Position numbers and translations under genes: made by a program. The notes beneath the pieces were generated by a model, which saw nothing but the letters and a program-made list of their open reading frames with translations, made no database searches and was not told where the DNA came from. Shown here one piece after another: positions 18,762 to 28,760 of a DNA stretch of 64,000 nucleotides (its first letter is position 1; each line of letters begins with the position of its first letter). Location of the stretch: positions 96,001-160,000 of the forward strand of contig OZ254086.1 in assembly GCA_965267575.1 (NCBI GenBank), read 5' to 3'. The stretch comes from Calditrichales bacterium (lineage in GTDB: Bacteria; Calditrichota; Calditrichia; Calditrichales; J004).

Positions 18762-19604
18762 ATGAGTATTACGATCCCCGTAATTTTTCTTGCCGCTCTA
18801 AGTCTTTTGCTGGCCCTTGTACTGGTTATTGCCAACCGCCGTTTCTGGGTATATGAAGATCCGCGCATCGATACCGTGACAGACCTACTGCCCGGCGCCA
18901 ATTGCGGTGCCTGTGGCCAGCCCGGTTGCCGTGCTTTTGCCGAAGTGGTTGTGGCGGGCAAAGCGCAGCCCAGCCTGTGTACCGTGGGCGGCGCGGAAAC
19001 AGCGGAAGAAGTGGCCAATTTCCTGGGCATTGATCCCGGTTCCAGTGTCCGCAAAGTGGCGCGATTGCATTGTGCCGGAGGCAAGGACGTTACCCGCCAG
19101 GACGCGCTCTATGCCGGATACGAATCGTGCCGCGGTGCCGCTCTTGTGGCCGGTGGTCCCAAATCGTGCCGCTGGGGATGTATTGGCCTGGGCGACTGCG
19201 AGATCGCCTGCACCTTTGGCGCCATCTCGATGATGCCCAATGGATTGCCTTTTGTAAATGCCGCCAAATGCACCGCCTGTAACGACTGCGTTGAGATTTG
19301 CCCCAAAGAGCTGTTTACCCTGATGCCGCTGAACCAGCAACTTCTGGTGCAATGCAAAAGCGAGCTGGAGGGCGACGACGTTCTGGAGGCCTGCAAGGTG
19401 GGCTGCACCGGTTGCAGCCGCTGCGCCGCAGACGCCCCCGAAGGCCTGATCACCATGAAAAACAATCTGCCTGTTATCAATACGGACATGCTGGACCAGG
19501 AAACGGAGCTGGCCACGCTGCGCTGCCCCACAAATTCCATCGTCTGGATAAACGGTCAGCAATTTCCGGAAAAGGTCCGACAAACTACCGGTGAAGAATC
19601 ATGA
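18762..19604 (+). CDS. rnfB: Rnf electron transport complex subunit B
   Basis: N-terminal TM, EDPR, LPGANCGACGQPGC, multiple 4Fe-4S motifs. Confidence 0.92.
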   Translation: MSITIPVIFLAALSLLLALVLVIANRRFWVYEDPRIDTVTDLLPGANCGACGQPGCRAFAEVVVAGKAQPSLCTVGGAETAEEVANFLGIDPGSSVRKVARLHCAGGKDVTRQDALYAGYESCRGAALVAGGPKSCRWGCIGLGDCEIACTFGAISMMPNGLPFVNAAKCTACNDCVEICPKELFTLMPLNQQLLVQCKSELEGDDVLEACKVGCTGCSRCAADAPEGLITMKNNLPVINTDMLDQETELATLRCPTNSIVWINGQQFPEKVRQTTGEES

Positions 19605-22600
19605 AATCCTTTTTGAAACGCTCTGAAAAGAAAACCGAAACGGTTACCCGGATTGCTTCCGGACGCGAGCTGGCCGGCTATCTTTTGGAGAAAGCCGCCG
19701 TAAAGCTTTACGATGGCGCGCAAGCCGACCGGGCCGTAACTGCTGCCCTCTCCGGCATGTCCTGCGCCGTGCAAACAGAGACAAGCAGCCGTGCGATTGC
19801 CGCACTGCAACGCTCCGTCGAATTGCGCAGCCCGGTTATCTGGCTGCTAAAAGACGCCACCTTCAGCGATATCGCTTTACCGCCACAGGCCTGGGCTGCC
19901 GTGTTTTATGCATCCGGCGTGGAAGAGTACCGCGATATGCTGCTGCTGGCACTGGCGCTGCAAAAAAGTAACATGCCCGTCGTGGTGGTCTGTGACGCGG
20001 CTACGGTTTATGACGCGCCGGCCACGGTGGGCTGGCCGCAGGATGCCTGGATCAGAGCCATCAGCGAAACGGATGATAAAAGCTCGCGGCTTCTGGATAT
20101 TACCCGGGCCGCCGGTATTGGCCAAGAAGATGATGACTGGCGCCGCCTGCGCCGGCAAAACGCGCGGCATAGCATGCTGTTTGACACCCTGCATGAAACA
20201 ATCGAACAGGCTATTGAAAAAGTAAAACAGTTAACCGGCAAAAACATTGAACCGCTTGCCGTTAACGGCGCTGGGGCGACGGCCATAGCTTCCTGCAAAT
20301 TTATCCCTTTCACAAAAGCGCAACAAAAGAAAACCGCCTTTCTGACCGTCAACCTCTGGTATCCGTTTCCGCAATCTCAACTGGCTGAACAACTGCAGGA
20401 TTTCAAGGCAGTCGCTGTGTTGGAAGAAGCCGGCAGCGATGCTTTCCAGCAAAAGGCGTATAGTTGCCTGGTGTACTCAAAAAAACAACCGGCTTGGGCT
20501 AACGGCTTTTATGTTCCGGCTATGCTGGATGAAAACGGCAGCGCCGCGGTCATCGCCCGGCTCAAAGCCATCGAGCCCGGCAGCAGAGACGAGTTTTATT
20601 TAACGCCGCACACGCCGTCGGACCTGCGCCTCTACCCGCTGGCCGAAGCCGCGCGTCAATGGCTGCAAAGATACTATCCGCAGGCCCTGCGCCGCATGCT
20701 TCCCGCCGAAAAGGCGTCAGCCGATAGCGAAAATGATGTTTTAAAAATTGATTGTTACCTGCCGGCTTACCTGCATTGGGAAAAGGCTATCGCTTTGTTT
20801 GCGCAGACGTTGAATGGCCTGGAAACGGGAACCGTGCGCAGCCGTCTGTGGCGCCTGGACAGTGCTATGCTGCCGTCGATACGGTTCCGGCTGGAAATAG
20901 ACAAACCGGCGCAGGGCACTATCACTTCAGGGCGTATTGTGCTGTGTCATGGCAACACGCTGTCGGGCATGATTCCGGTAAGGGCCGATGACCGTGCCTG
21001 GCTTTTCTCCGGTGACTTTGATGATGAAACCTTGTGGCACAGCCTCAACGACCATCAGCGCAAGACGCTGGCCGGGCAGAAGATAGCTTTGCTGCGTGCC
21101 GACGCGACAACGATGCTATCCGAAATCATGCTGCCGGGGCAGCGGCCTTACCTGGAGCCGCTGCTGGCCATCTGCGCCTGGCAGATCCACAACGGCTGGC
21201 TGATGGGTGACCCGGAAAAAAACAGCTCCTGGAGCAAGGCGGTCAACCGGATTTACGGCGCCAACCGCAAAGAGGTGTTTGCATTGATACGCCGGACCGA
21301 AGAGGCGCTGCATGAACTGCCCGTCTCCGAGCTGCCGGCCTTTGAAACGCTGACCCGCTTTGAAGATACTGCGCCCTGGAATTTTGACGGCAACGACGCG
21401 CTGCAGACGCGCTTTTGGGAGAACGAGGGCTACTTTTATCAAAAAGGACGACCCGACATCCCCCTGGTTGCGGAGCATGATACATCCGCTGCTTTGGCGG
21501 CGGGCACGGCAGCCATGCGCGATTATTTCAGCGGCCGGCGCAACCACCCCGCGCTGATCCCTGAAAATTGTACGGCATGCGGCCAGTGCTGGGCGCGCTG
21601 TCCGGATTCCGCTTTGCCGGCGGCCCTGTTCTCCAGCGCCGATATGCTCGAGGCCATGTTCAAACGCGCCTCGCAAAAAAACACATTCCTGCATCTGCCG
21701 CGCCTGCAAAAGCAATGGGCGCAACTGATGCACAAAGCAATCAAAAATGACGGGCTAAATGCTTACCGCTACAGCGGGCCGCTTTTGAAGGACAGCTTTG
21801 AGACGCTGCTGGAAAAACTGGCGCCCGATGAAGACAAAAAGGTGGCCATGCTCGACGAATACGGCAAGGCGACCAGCGGCTGGACGGAAATGCCGGTTGT
21901 AAAAAGCGAACGCTGGTTTGACGGGCCGGAAAACGAGACAAAAGGCAGCGGCCGGCTGATGACCATCACGCTGAACCCCAATGCCTGCAAGGAGTGCCTG
22001 GCCTGTATCGATGCCTGCCCCGATAACGCGCTGGAAAGCGTGGTACAGGGTGAAAACGAACGCACACTCCTGAAACAGAATTTTAGCAACACGCTGGAAC
22101 TCTCCCCTTACGGCGGGGACACGGACGATACGCTGTTCCGCATGCAGCGCCCGGAAAGCTACTTTACGCTTAGCGGAGGCGACAATGCCCTGCCCGGAAG
22201 CGGCGGCAAAAGCGCGCTGCACCTGCTGCTGGCCGGGATGGCCCGCAAAGGCATCAACAAGCGCGAACAGCTGGAAAACGAAGTGGGCGCGCTGCTTAAA
22301 AAGCTGGATGAGCTGATTGCCGGTAACGTGCAGCAAACGCTGAAGATCAATGAGTTGGATGAGTTCGCGCGGCGCCTTGCCGGTTTACAAAAAGGCGAAC
22401 TGAGCAGCGAAAAACTGCGCGAGCTGGCCGACAATCCGCCGCCCGATGAAGAGCGGCTGAAAAAACTGGCCGAACTGCGCAACCGTTTGGGCGACTGGCA
22501 TAAACGCCTGCTGCCTGAAGGTAATGACGGCCATGTTCTGGCGCCGTTTACCATGGCGCTGGCTGCCGGCACAAACCTGCATTGGGCGGAAAAGTATCCT

Positions 22601-23746
22601 TACAATCCTTTTAATGTGCCCTGGCTGCTGGCCGGTGATGATCCCGCGGCTGACCTGCGCGGCATGCAGGATGCCACCAATCGGCAGATGGGACAACTTT
22701 ACGCACTGATGCAACAGGCCGAAGACGCGCTGCAGGATATTTTTGATGAACAGGATGATGCGCATCTCGTCCCGGCAAAATGGACGGAAAGGCAAAAGAG
22801 CCTGGTGCCGCCCGTCCTGCTGGTGTGTGAACGCTCCACGTTGGATCATATTTCTTCCGCGGGGCTGCAGGAGATGTTTGGCAAAGGGCAATCGGCAACG
22901 CTTGCTTTGATTGATGACCTGAACGGAAGTGGTGGCGACGCTTTGGTTTCGATGGCTTTGCAAAACAAGGCGCAATTTGTACAGGCCACGGCGGCCTATC
23001 CGGAGCACCTTTTGGAAAGCATCGCCAAGCTGGATACGCTGCAACCGGCCGTTTTGCGGCTTTACGCCTGTGAACCGCTGCAACTGGGTCTGCCCTCGTA
23101 CGCCGCGCGGCAGATTGAAGAAAAGGCGGTGCGCAGCCGTGTCTTCCCGCTGATACATTTTGACGGCACGGAACTTAACCTGAAGGCTAATCCAGATCCT
23201 GAAAAACCATTCAGCGGGCCCGATGACAGGCCGTTCGGGCCGGGACAGTGGGCGCTTTACCATTTTGGCCCACAGCACTTCCGCCAGCCCACTGCCGCTG
23301 ACAGCGACGGTATCACGCTGCTGGAGGATTATCTCTCGCGCCAGCCGGACAAGCGCGACGGGCTGATCGCGGCGGTAAGCGTGCAGGAAGACGGCAAACG
23401 CCAAACCTGGATCGTGGATGACGATGTCATCACCCTGGCGGAAAATGCCGCGATACGCTGGCAGGCTCTGCAGGAAATGGCCGGCATTCGTGACCGCACA
23501 CTTCCCTTCTGGCAGGAAAAATGGAATAAGGAAAAAGAAGAAGCCCTGGCCCGCCAGAAAAGCGATCTGGAAGAAAGCTGGCAGCAAAAGCTGAATACGC
23601 TGGACCAACAGCACTTTGATGTCTACCATAAAAGACTGAGCGAGCGGCTGGCAAAAATCTACCAAAATCAGGGTGGTGTGCCGGCGGCGGAAAACCTGGC
23701 CCAGTGGCTGCGGCAACAAGAAGAAAACGGAAAAGGCAATGATTGA
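19601..23746 (+). CDS. Degenerate pyruvate:ferredoxin oxidoreductase-like protein with two 4Fe-4S motifs
   Basis: 1381 aa; CTACGQCWARCP and CKECLACIDACP; PFOR-like remnants (LWYPFP, SGGDNALPGSGGK, YPYNPFNVPW, AVRSRVFPL); no YPITP or GDG motif. Confidence 0.7.
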   Translation: MKSFLKRSEKKTETVTRIASGRELAGYLLEKAAVKLYDGAQADRAVTAALSGMSCAVQTETSSRAIAALQRSVELRSPVIWLLKDATFSDIALPPQAWAAVFYASGVEEYRDMLLLALALQKSNMPVVVVCDAATVYDAPATVGWPQDAWIRAISETDDKSSRLLDITRAAGIGQEDDDWRRLRRQNARHSMLFDTLHETIEQAIEKVKQLTGKNIEPLAVNGAGATAIASCKFIPFTKAQQKKTAFLTVNLWYPFPQSQLAEQLQDFKAVAVLEEAGSDAFQQKAYSCLVYSKKQPAWANGFYVPAMLDENGSAAVIARLKAIEPGSRDEFYLTPHTPSDLRLYPLAEAARQWLQRYYPQALRRMLPAEKASADSENDVLKIDCYLPAYLHWEKAIALFAQTLNGLETGTVRSRLWRLDSAMLPSIRFRLEIDKPAQGTITSGRIVLCHGNTLSGMIPVRADDRAWLFSGDFDDETLWHSLNDHQRKTLAGQKIALLRADATTMLSEIMLPGQRPYLEPLLAICAWQIHNGWLMGDPEKNSSWSKAVNRIYGANRKEVFALIRRTEEALHELPVSELPAFETLTRFEDTAPWNFDGNDALQTRFWENEGYFYQKGRPDIPLVAEHDTSAALAAGTAAMRDYFSGRRNHPALIPENCTACGQCWARCPDSALPAALFSSADMLEAMFKRASQKNTFLHLPRLQKQWAQLMHKAIKNDGLNAYRYSGPLLKDSFETLLEKLAPDEDKKVAMLDEYGKATSGWTEMPVVKSERWFDGPENETKGSGRLMTITLNPNACKECLACIDACPDNALESVVQGENERTLLKQNFSNTLELSPYGGDTDDTLFRMQRPESYFTLSGGDNALPGSGGKSALHLLLAGMARKGINKREQLENEVGALLKKLDELIAGNVQQTLKINELDEFARRLAGLQKGELSSEKLRELADNPPPDEERLKKLAELRNRLGDWHKRLLPEGNDGHVLAPFTMALAAGTNLHWAEKYPYNPFNVPWLLAGDDPAADLRGMQDATNRQMGQLYALMQQAEDALQDIFDEQDDAHLVPAKWTERQKSLVPPVLLVCERSTLDHISSAGLQEMFGKGQSATLALIDDLNGSGGDALVSMALQNKAQFVQATAAYPEHLLESIAKLDTLQPAVLRLYACEPLQLGLPSYAARQIEEKAVRSRVFPLIHFDGTELNLKANPDPEKPFSGPDDRPFGPGQWALYHFGPQHFRQPTAADSDGITLLEDYLSRQPDKRDGLIAAVSVQEDGKRQTWIVDDDVITLAENAAIRWQALQEMAGIRDRTLPFWQEKWNKEKEEALARQKSDLEESWQQKLNTLDQQHFDVYHKRLSERLAKIYQNQGGVPAAENLAQWLRQQEENGKGND

Positions 23747-25094
23747 TATTCTGCGTAAATCACTGAAAAAAACATTTCGCCACGGCATTCATCCCGGGGA
23801 CTTCAAGGACCTGACGCGGCACTTGCCGATTGAGCGCATGCCCTTTAGCGATGAGGTGGTCCTGCCGCTAAGCCAGCATGCCGGAGCGCCTTCGGAACCT
23901 TTGGTTAAAACCGGTGACAAGGTCTTTCGCGGGCAGATCATCGCCAGGCCGGTCGGTTTTGTTTCCACGGGCCTGCACGCTTCGATGACCGGGACGGTGA
24001 GCTCAATCGCCCTGAAAAACCATCCCGGCGGCAAGCTGGTTCAGTCGATCACGATCAAAAAGGACCCGCTTTCGCCGCAGCAGCTTTACAATTCGCACAG
24101 CACCGACTGGATGAACATGACGCCGGATGAGCTGATCGACATGATCCGTCACGCAGGATTTGTCGGTTTGGGCGGGGCTGCCTTCCCGACGCATGTCAAG
24201 CTTAAAGTGCCGGAAGGCAAAAAAGCGCGCTTTCTGATTGTGAACGGTGTGGAATGCGAACCTTACCTTACCAGCGACCATCGCGTGATGCTTGAGGAAG
24301 CCGACGATGTCTTTATGGGCATCCGCGTGTTGCAGCGTATTCTGGATGTGGAACGCGTTTACATCGGGATTGAGGATAACAAAGACGACGCTATCCGCTT
24401 TCTGCGCGAAAAGCTGCCGGATGACATGGCCGCCGAGGTGGTGGCCCTGAAAACCAAATATCCGCAGGGCGCCGAGAAAATGCTGATCGACGCGGTGCTG
24501 AAGCGCGAGGTTCCCAGCGGGCGGCTGCCCATTGATGTGGAAGTGGTGGTACAGAATGTGGGTACTATTTCCGGGATTGGCGCTTTGATGCGCGTGGGCC
24601 AGCCGCTGATCGAGAGGGTTGTAACCGTCACCGGCCCCGGCATTGAGCGTCCTGCCAACCTGATGGTGCCGCTGGGCACGGCGCTGCGTGATGTACTTGA
24701 CTATTGCGGCGGTTTGAAAGACAATACGCGGCAGGTGCTTTTTGGCGGCCCGATGATGGGAATGCCGCAAAGCCATCTCGATGTACCGATCATGAAAGGC
24801 ACGTCGGGTATTCTGTGTCTCACCGACCAGGAAAGCGGCTCGCGCGATGAATACCCCTGCATCCGCTGCCTGCGCTGCGTGGATGCCTGCCCGGTGTTTT
24901 TAAACCCCTGCCGTTTGGGCGCCCTGGCCAAATCCCGCGATTACGAAAGCATGCTCGATTTCCACGTATTAGATTGCGTGGAGTGCGGCTCCTGCTCCTA
25001 CGTCTGCCCGTCCAACATTCCGCTGGTGCAGCGTTTCCGTGTAGCCAAGGCGCTGCTACGCGAACAGCAGGCCAGACAAAAAAAGGCAAGTTAA
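23739..25094 (+). CDS. rnfC: Rnf complex subunit C
   Basis: TFRHGIHP, VGLGGAAFPTHVK, NGVECEPYLTSD, YPQGAEK, GGPMMG, two 4Fe-4S motifs. Confidence 0.95.
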   Translation: MIDILRKSLKKTFRHGIHPGDFKDLTRHLPIERMPFSDEVVLPLSQHAGAPSEPLVKTGDKVFRGQIIARPVGFVSTGLHASMTGTVSSIALKNHPGGKLVQSITIKKDPLSPQQLYNSHSTDWMNMTPDELIDMIRHAGFVGLGGAAFPTHVKLKVPEGKKARFLIVNGVECEPYLTSDHRVMLEEADDVFMGIRVLQRILDVERVYIGIEDNKDDAIRFLREKLPDDMAAEVVALKTKYPQGAEKMLIDAVLKREVPSGRLPIDVEVVVQNVGTISGIGALMRVGQPLIERVVTVTGPGIERPANLMVPLGTALRDVLDYCGGLKDNTRQVLFGGPMMGMPQSHLDVPIMKGTSGILCLTDQESGSRDEYPCIRCLRCVDACPVFLNPCRLGALAKSRDYESMLDFHVLDCVECGSCSYVCPSNIPLVQRFRVAKALLREQQARQKKAS

Positions 25095-26123
25095 ATGAAA
25101 CCGGATTCTGTAAAGCTTCTACTGACGACATCGCCCTACCTGAAATACGACGCCGATACACCCTACGTAATGCGTCATGTTATCTATGCCCTGATCCCGG
25201 CGTCGGTTGCCGGTATGTGGGTTTTTGGTATTAACGCGATTGTTTTGATTGCCACCTGTGTTATAAGCGCGGTGCTGACGGAATACGTTGCCCAACGCTG
25301 GGTGCGGAGGGTAAGACCCACCCTGCATGACGGCAGCGCGGTGCTGACCGGTCTGCTTCTGGCCCTGATCGTGCCGCCGGGGCTTCCGCTGTGGATGGCG
25401 GCAATAGGCTCGGTAGTCTCCATCGTTTTAGGTAAACTGATCTTTGGCGGGCTGGGCGGCAACATATTTAATCCCGCGCTGGTAGGACGTGCCTTTCTGC
25501 AGGCCTCTTTCCCCGTGGCGCTGACCACCTGGAGCGAGGCCGGTAACTGGAGCACCTTCACCGCCATAAAAGGAACACCTTTCGCGCTGCCTTTTGTGTA
25601 CTCTTCCGTGGACGGCATAAGCGGAGCCACGCCACTGGCAGCCATGAAATTTGAAGGCCAGCTCAGCGCCATCGGCGAGATGTTCTGGGGCAGCACATCG
25701 GGCTCGCTGGGAGAAACCGGCGCCGTCTGGCTTTTGCTGGGCGGTTTATACTTGGCCCTGCGCGGCTTTCTCAACTGGCGTATTCCCGTCGGCATATTTG
25801 CCACGGTTTTCCTTTTGTCGGCCGGGCTGCAGGCCATCGATCCGGTGAAATTCGCCCCGCCCCTGTTCCACCTGTTTGGCGGCGGCCTGATGCTGGGCGC
25901 CATTTACATGGCCACCGACCCGGTCAGTTCGCCGATTACCCAGAAGGGCTGCTGGTGGTTCGCCTTTGGCATAGGATTGCTGGTGGTGGTTATCCGCAAT
26001 TTTGGCGGCCTGCCCGAGGGCGTGATGTACGCCATCCTGTTGATGAACGGGCTTACCCCGTTAATCAATCGCGTAACGCACCGCCGTATTTATGGTGAAA
26101 AAGTGAAAGGATTCAGTTCATGA
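25095..26123 (+). CDS. rnfD: Rnf complex subunit D
   Basis: GGLGGNIFNPA, SGATPL FMN site, ATDPVSSP, LPEGV. Confidence 0.95.
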   Translation: MKPDSVKLLLTTSPYLKYDADTPYVMRHVIYALIPASVAGMWVFGINAIVLIATCVISAVLTEYVAQRWVRRVRPTLHDGSAVLTGLLLALIVPPGLPLWMAAIGSVVSIVLGKLIFGGLGGNIFNPALVGRAFLQASFPVALTTWSEAGNWSTFTAIKGTPFALPFVYSSVDGISGATPLAAMKFEGQLSAIGEMFWGSTSGSLGETGAVWLLLGGLYLALRGFLNWRIPVGIFATVFLLSAGLQAIDPVKFAPPLFHLFGGGLMLGAIYMATDPVSSPITQKGCWWFAFGIGLLVVVIRNFGGLPEGVMYAILLMNGLTPLINRVTHRRIYGEKVKGFSS

Positions 26124-26821
26124 GTACGCCCGTGCCGCAGCAGGCGCCCAAAACGGGTTCGTCGAAAATGCTTCTTACCATGGGCAGCGTGGGCCTGCTG
26201 GCCGGTCTGCTGATCGTGGTCACCTTCCAGCTTACCCTGCCCCATATCGAGGCCAACGAAGCGGCCTACCTGGAAAAATCAATCTTTGATATTATACCGG
26301 GCGCGGTCAGCAAACAGGCTTTTCGCGTAAACGGTGACAACACGCTGACCCCGGTAAAGGACGACAAACAGGGCGGCTGGATTGTTTATGCCGGCTATGA
26401 CGACAAAGGCGATCTTGCCGGCGTTGCCATTGAAGCGCGCGACCAGGGTTTCCAGGATGTGATCCGTATTATCTACGCCTGGGCGCCGGACAAAGAAGAC
26501 ATCGTGGGTATGAAGGTTCTGCAAAGCACGGAAACGCCGGGCCTGGGCGACAAAATCGAAACCGATCCGGCATTCAGAGCAAACTTTGAAGCGCTGGATG
26601 CCCGCCTGAATGAGCAGGGTACGGGACTGATACAGCCCATCGTGATGGTAAAGGGAAACAAAACCGATGACTCGCAGATCAGCGCCATCACCGGGGCCAC
26701 CATTTCATCCCGCGCCATCGCCAAAATGATCGGCCAAAGCGCGGAAGAGGCTCTGCCCATCCTAAACAACAATCTCGAAACATTGCGACAAACTAATGAA
26801 AGAAGCCAAGATCAATCCTGA
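26120..26821 (+). CDS. rnfG: Rnf complex subunit G
   Basis: N-terminal TM, ETPGLG, AITGATISS FMN site. Confidence 0.93.
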   Translation: MSTPVPQQAPKTGSSKMLLTMGSVGLLAGLLIVVTFQLTLPHIEANEAAYLEKSIFDIIPGAVSKQAFRVNGDNTLTPVKDDKQGGWIVYAGYDDKGDLAGVAIEARDQGFQDVIRIIYAWAPDKEDIVGMKVLQSTETPGLGDKIETDPAFRANFEALDARLNEQGTGLIQPIVMVKGNKTDDSQISAITGATISSRAIAKMIGQSAEEALPILNNNLETLRQTNERSQDQS

Positions 26822-27455
26822 TATGGAGACCTTTGTAAAGGGTCTCTGGAAAGACAATCCCGTCTTCGTAATGCTGCTGGGCATGTGCCCCGTGCTGGCG
26901 GTAACCAACTCGGTAATTAACGCGCTGGTGATGGGCATCGCCACCACTTTCGTTTTGCTGATGTCCAACATCCTTGTTTCCTCGCTTCGCAAGGTAATCC
27001 CCAAGCAGGTACGCATCGCCACCTATATTCTGATTATCGCCACCTTTGTGACCGTGGCCGATTACACGATCAAAGCGGTCAGCCTGGAAGTTCACAAAAG
27101 CCTTGGCGCCTTTATCGCACTGATCGTGGTAAACTGCATGATCCTGGGACGCGCGGAAGCATTCGCCAGCAAAAATACGCTCGGCAAATCAATCCTGGAT
27201 GCGCTGGGCATGGGCACCGGATTTACCTTCGCCGTGCTGTGCCTGGGCATCGTGCGCGAGGTATTGGGTAGCGGCAGTTTCGCCGGCGTCGATTTGTTCG
27301 GTCCCAGTTTCGAGCCGCTAACCATTATGATTTTGCCGGGTGGCGCTTTCTTTGTTCTGGGTGCCTACCTGATGTGGTTCAGCGCTATCAAAAACCGTAA
27401 GGAGCGCCAGCGCAAAGCCGTTGAAGAAAAGCCGTTGTGGCAGGAAATGGAGTAA
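26796..27455 (+). CDS. rnfE: Rnf complex subunit E
   Basis: NPVFVMLLGMCPVLAVT, LIVVNCMILGRAEAFA. Confidence 0.95.
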   Translation: MKEAKINPDMETFVKGLWKDNPVFVMLLGMCPVLAVTNSVINALVMGIATTFVLLMSNILVSSLRKVIPKQVRIATYILIIATFVTVADYTIKAVSLEVHKSLGAFIALIVVNCMILGRAEAFASKNTLGKSILDALGMGTGFTFAVLCLGIVREVLGSGSFAGVDLFGPSFEPLTIMILPGGAFFVLGAYLMWFSAIKNRKERQRKAVEEKPLWQEME

Positions 27456-27457
27456 GC

Positions 27458-28042
27458 ATGGTTACGGAACAACTCTGGTTTATTTTTCTAAATGCCGCGC
27501 TGATTAACAACTTTGTGCTCAGCGCCTTTTTGGGTATTTGTCCTTTTCTCGGTGTTTCCGGCAAACTCGCCACCGCGGCACGTATGGGCATGGCTGTTTC
27601 TTTCGTGATGGTTGTCGCTTCCCTTTGCGCCTTCGGCATCCACCATGTTCTGGTGGCCATTGAGGCCGAGTATCTGCAGCTCATCTCGTATATCGTGGTG
27701 ATTGCCTCCACGGTACAGCTCGTGGAAATGGTTATCAAGAAAGTGAGTCCCGCGCTGTTCCGTGCTTTGGGGATTTTTCTCCCGCTGATCACGACAAATT
27801 GCGCCATCCTGGGGCTAGCCCTGTTTCAAACCAACCGTGGCTACGACTTTTTTCAGTCGATTGTCTTTGCCCTCGGCGCGGGGGCCGGTTTTACGCTGGC
27901 ACTGGTACTGATGGCCGGCATCCGTGAAGAGCTGCAACTGGCCCAAATTCCCGATGCCGTAAAGGGCGCGGCGCTTACACTGATGGTGGCCGGAATCTTG
28001 AGTATGGCCTTTATGGGCTTTGCCGGTCTCGGCGGACAATAG
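27458..28042 (+). CDS. rnfA: Rnf complex subunit A
   Basis: NNFVLSAFLGICPFLGVS, LGIFLPLITTNCAILG. Confidence 0.95.
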   Translation: MVTEQLWFIFLNAALINNFVLSAFLGICPFLGVSGKLATAARMGMAVSFVMVVASLCAFGIHHVLVAIEAEYLQLISYIVVIASTVQLVEMVIKKVSPALFRALGIFLPLITTNCAILGLALFQTNRGYDFFQSIVFALGAGAGFTLALVLMAGIREELQLAQIPDAVKGAALTLMVAGILSMAFMGFAGLGGQ

Positions 28043-28188
28043 AGGATGTGTTAAGGTGTTCATGATAATCTAAAAGCCGGTGACTATGCAATTCCCCTCC
28101 AGGGAGGGGTTAGGGGTGGGTCCGTCGGCCCACTAATTCAAGCAACTCTGCAACCCTTGGTAATATAAAAGCCAGGAGGAAGGGAACT

Positions 28189-28650
28189 ATGAATAAGGTA
28201 GATAAGAAAATCGCGCAGGCCATTCATGATGAGCATGAAGCCATTAAAACAGAAATGGACAAGTTGCGCGAGATGATCGCCACATCCCCCGCGCAGGAGG
28301 CTTTTGCCGAATGGAAGCTGGAGCTGCTAATGCTGCTGCGCGATTTCGAGAGCGACCTGCAGAAACATTTTGACCTGGAAGAAGAAGGCGGTTTTATGAA
28401 AGATGTGCTGGACAAAGCGCCGCAAAAATGGCACGCCGTTTCACAGCTAAAAACGGAGCATGAAGCAATCAACGAAGAAATGAGCAATATTCTGAAAGAA
28501 CTGAAAGCGGCTGAGAACGCAAAGGACCTTAAAGTGGACTATGTCCGCGACAAGCTCAACGAAGTCCTTGATCTGATCGTAGCCCACGAAATGGCCGAAA
28601 ACGATTTGCTTAACAGTACCTACCTGCAGGATGACGGAATGGGGGATTAG
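28189..28650 (+). CDS. Hemerythrin/HHE cation-binding domain protein
   Basis: EH...HFDLEEE...EH...HEMAEN helical pattern; strong RBS. Confidence 0.75.
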   Translation: MNKVDKKIAQAIHDEHEAIKTEMDKLREMIATSPAQEAFAEWKLELLMLLRDFESDLQKHFDLEEEGGFMKDVLDKAPQKWHAVSQLKTEHEAINEEMSNILKELKAAENAKDLKVDYVRDKLNEVLDLIVAHEMAENDLLNSTYLQDDGMGD

Positions 28651-28689
28651 ACAATTGAATTGTTGAAGTAATATATCTGTTTTTAATGC

Positions 28690-28719
28690 TGTAGAGACGC
28701 ACGGCCGTGCGTCTCTACA
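28690..28719. repeat. Perfect 30-bp REP-like palindrome
   Basis: TGTAGAGACGCACGGCCGTGCGTCTCTACA, GTAG-type REP; could also act as a bidirectional terminator between convergent genes. Confidence 0.8.
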
Positions 28720-28760
28720 CCTACCTTAACACCCTAACACATAAACACCTTAACGCACCA

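Noticed and set aside
14290-23788. Long antisense ORFs (420, 351, 297, 467 aa)
   Set aside because: Opposite well-supported genes, no motifs; expected from GC3-biased coding
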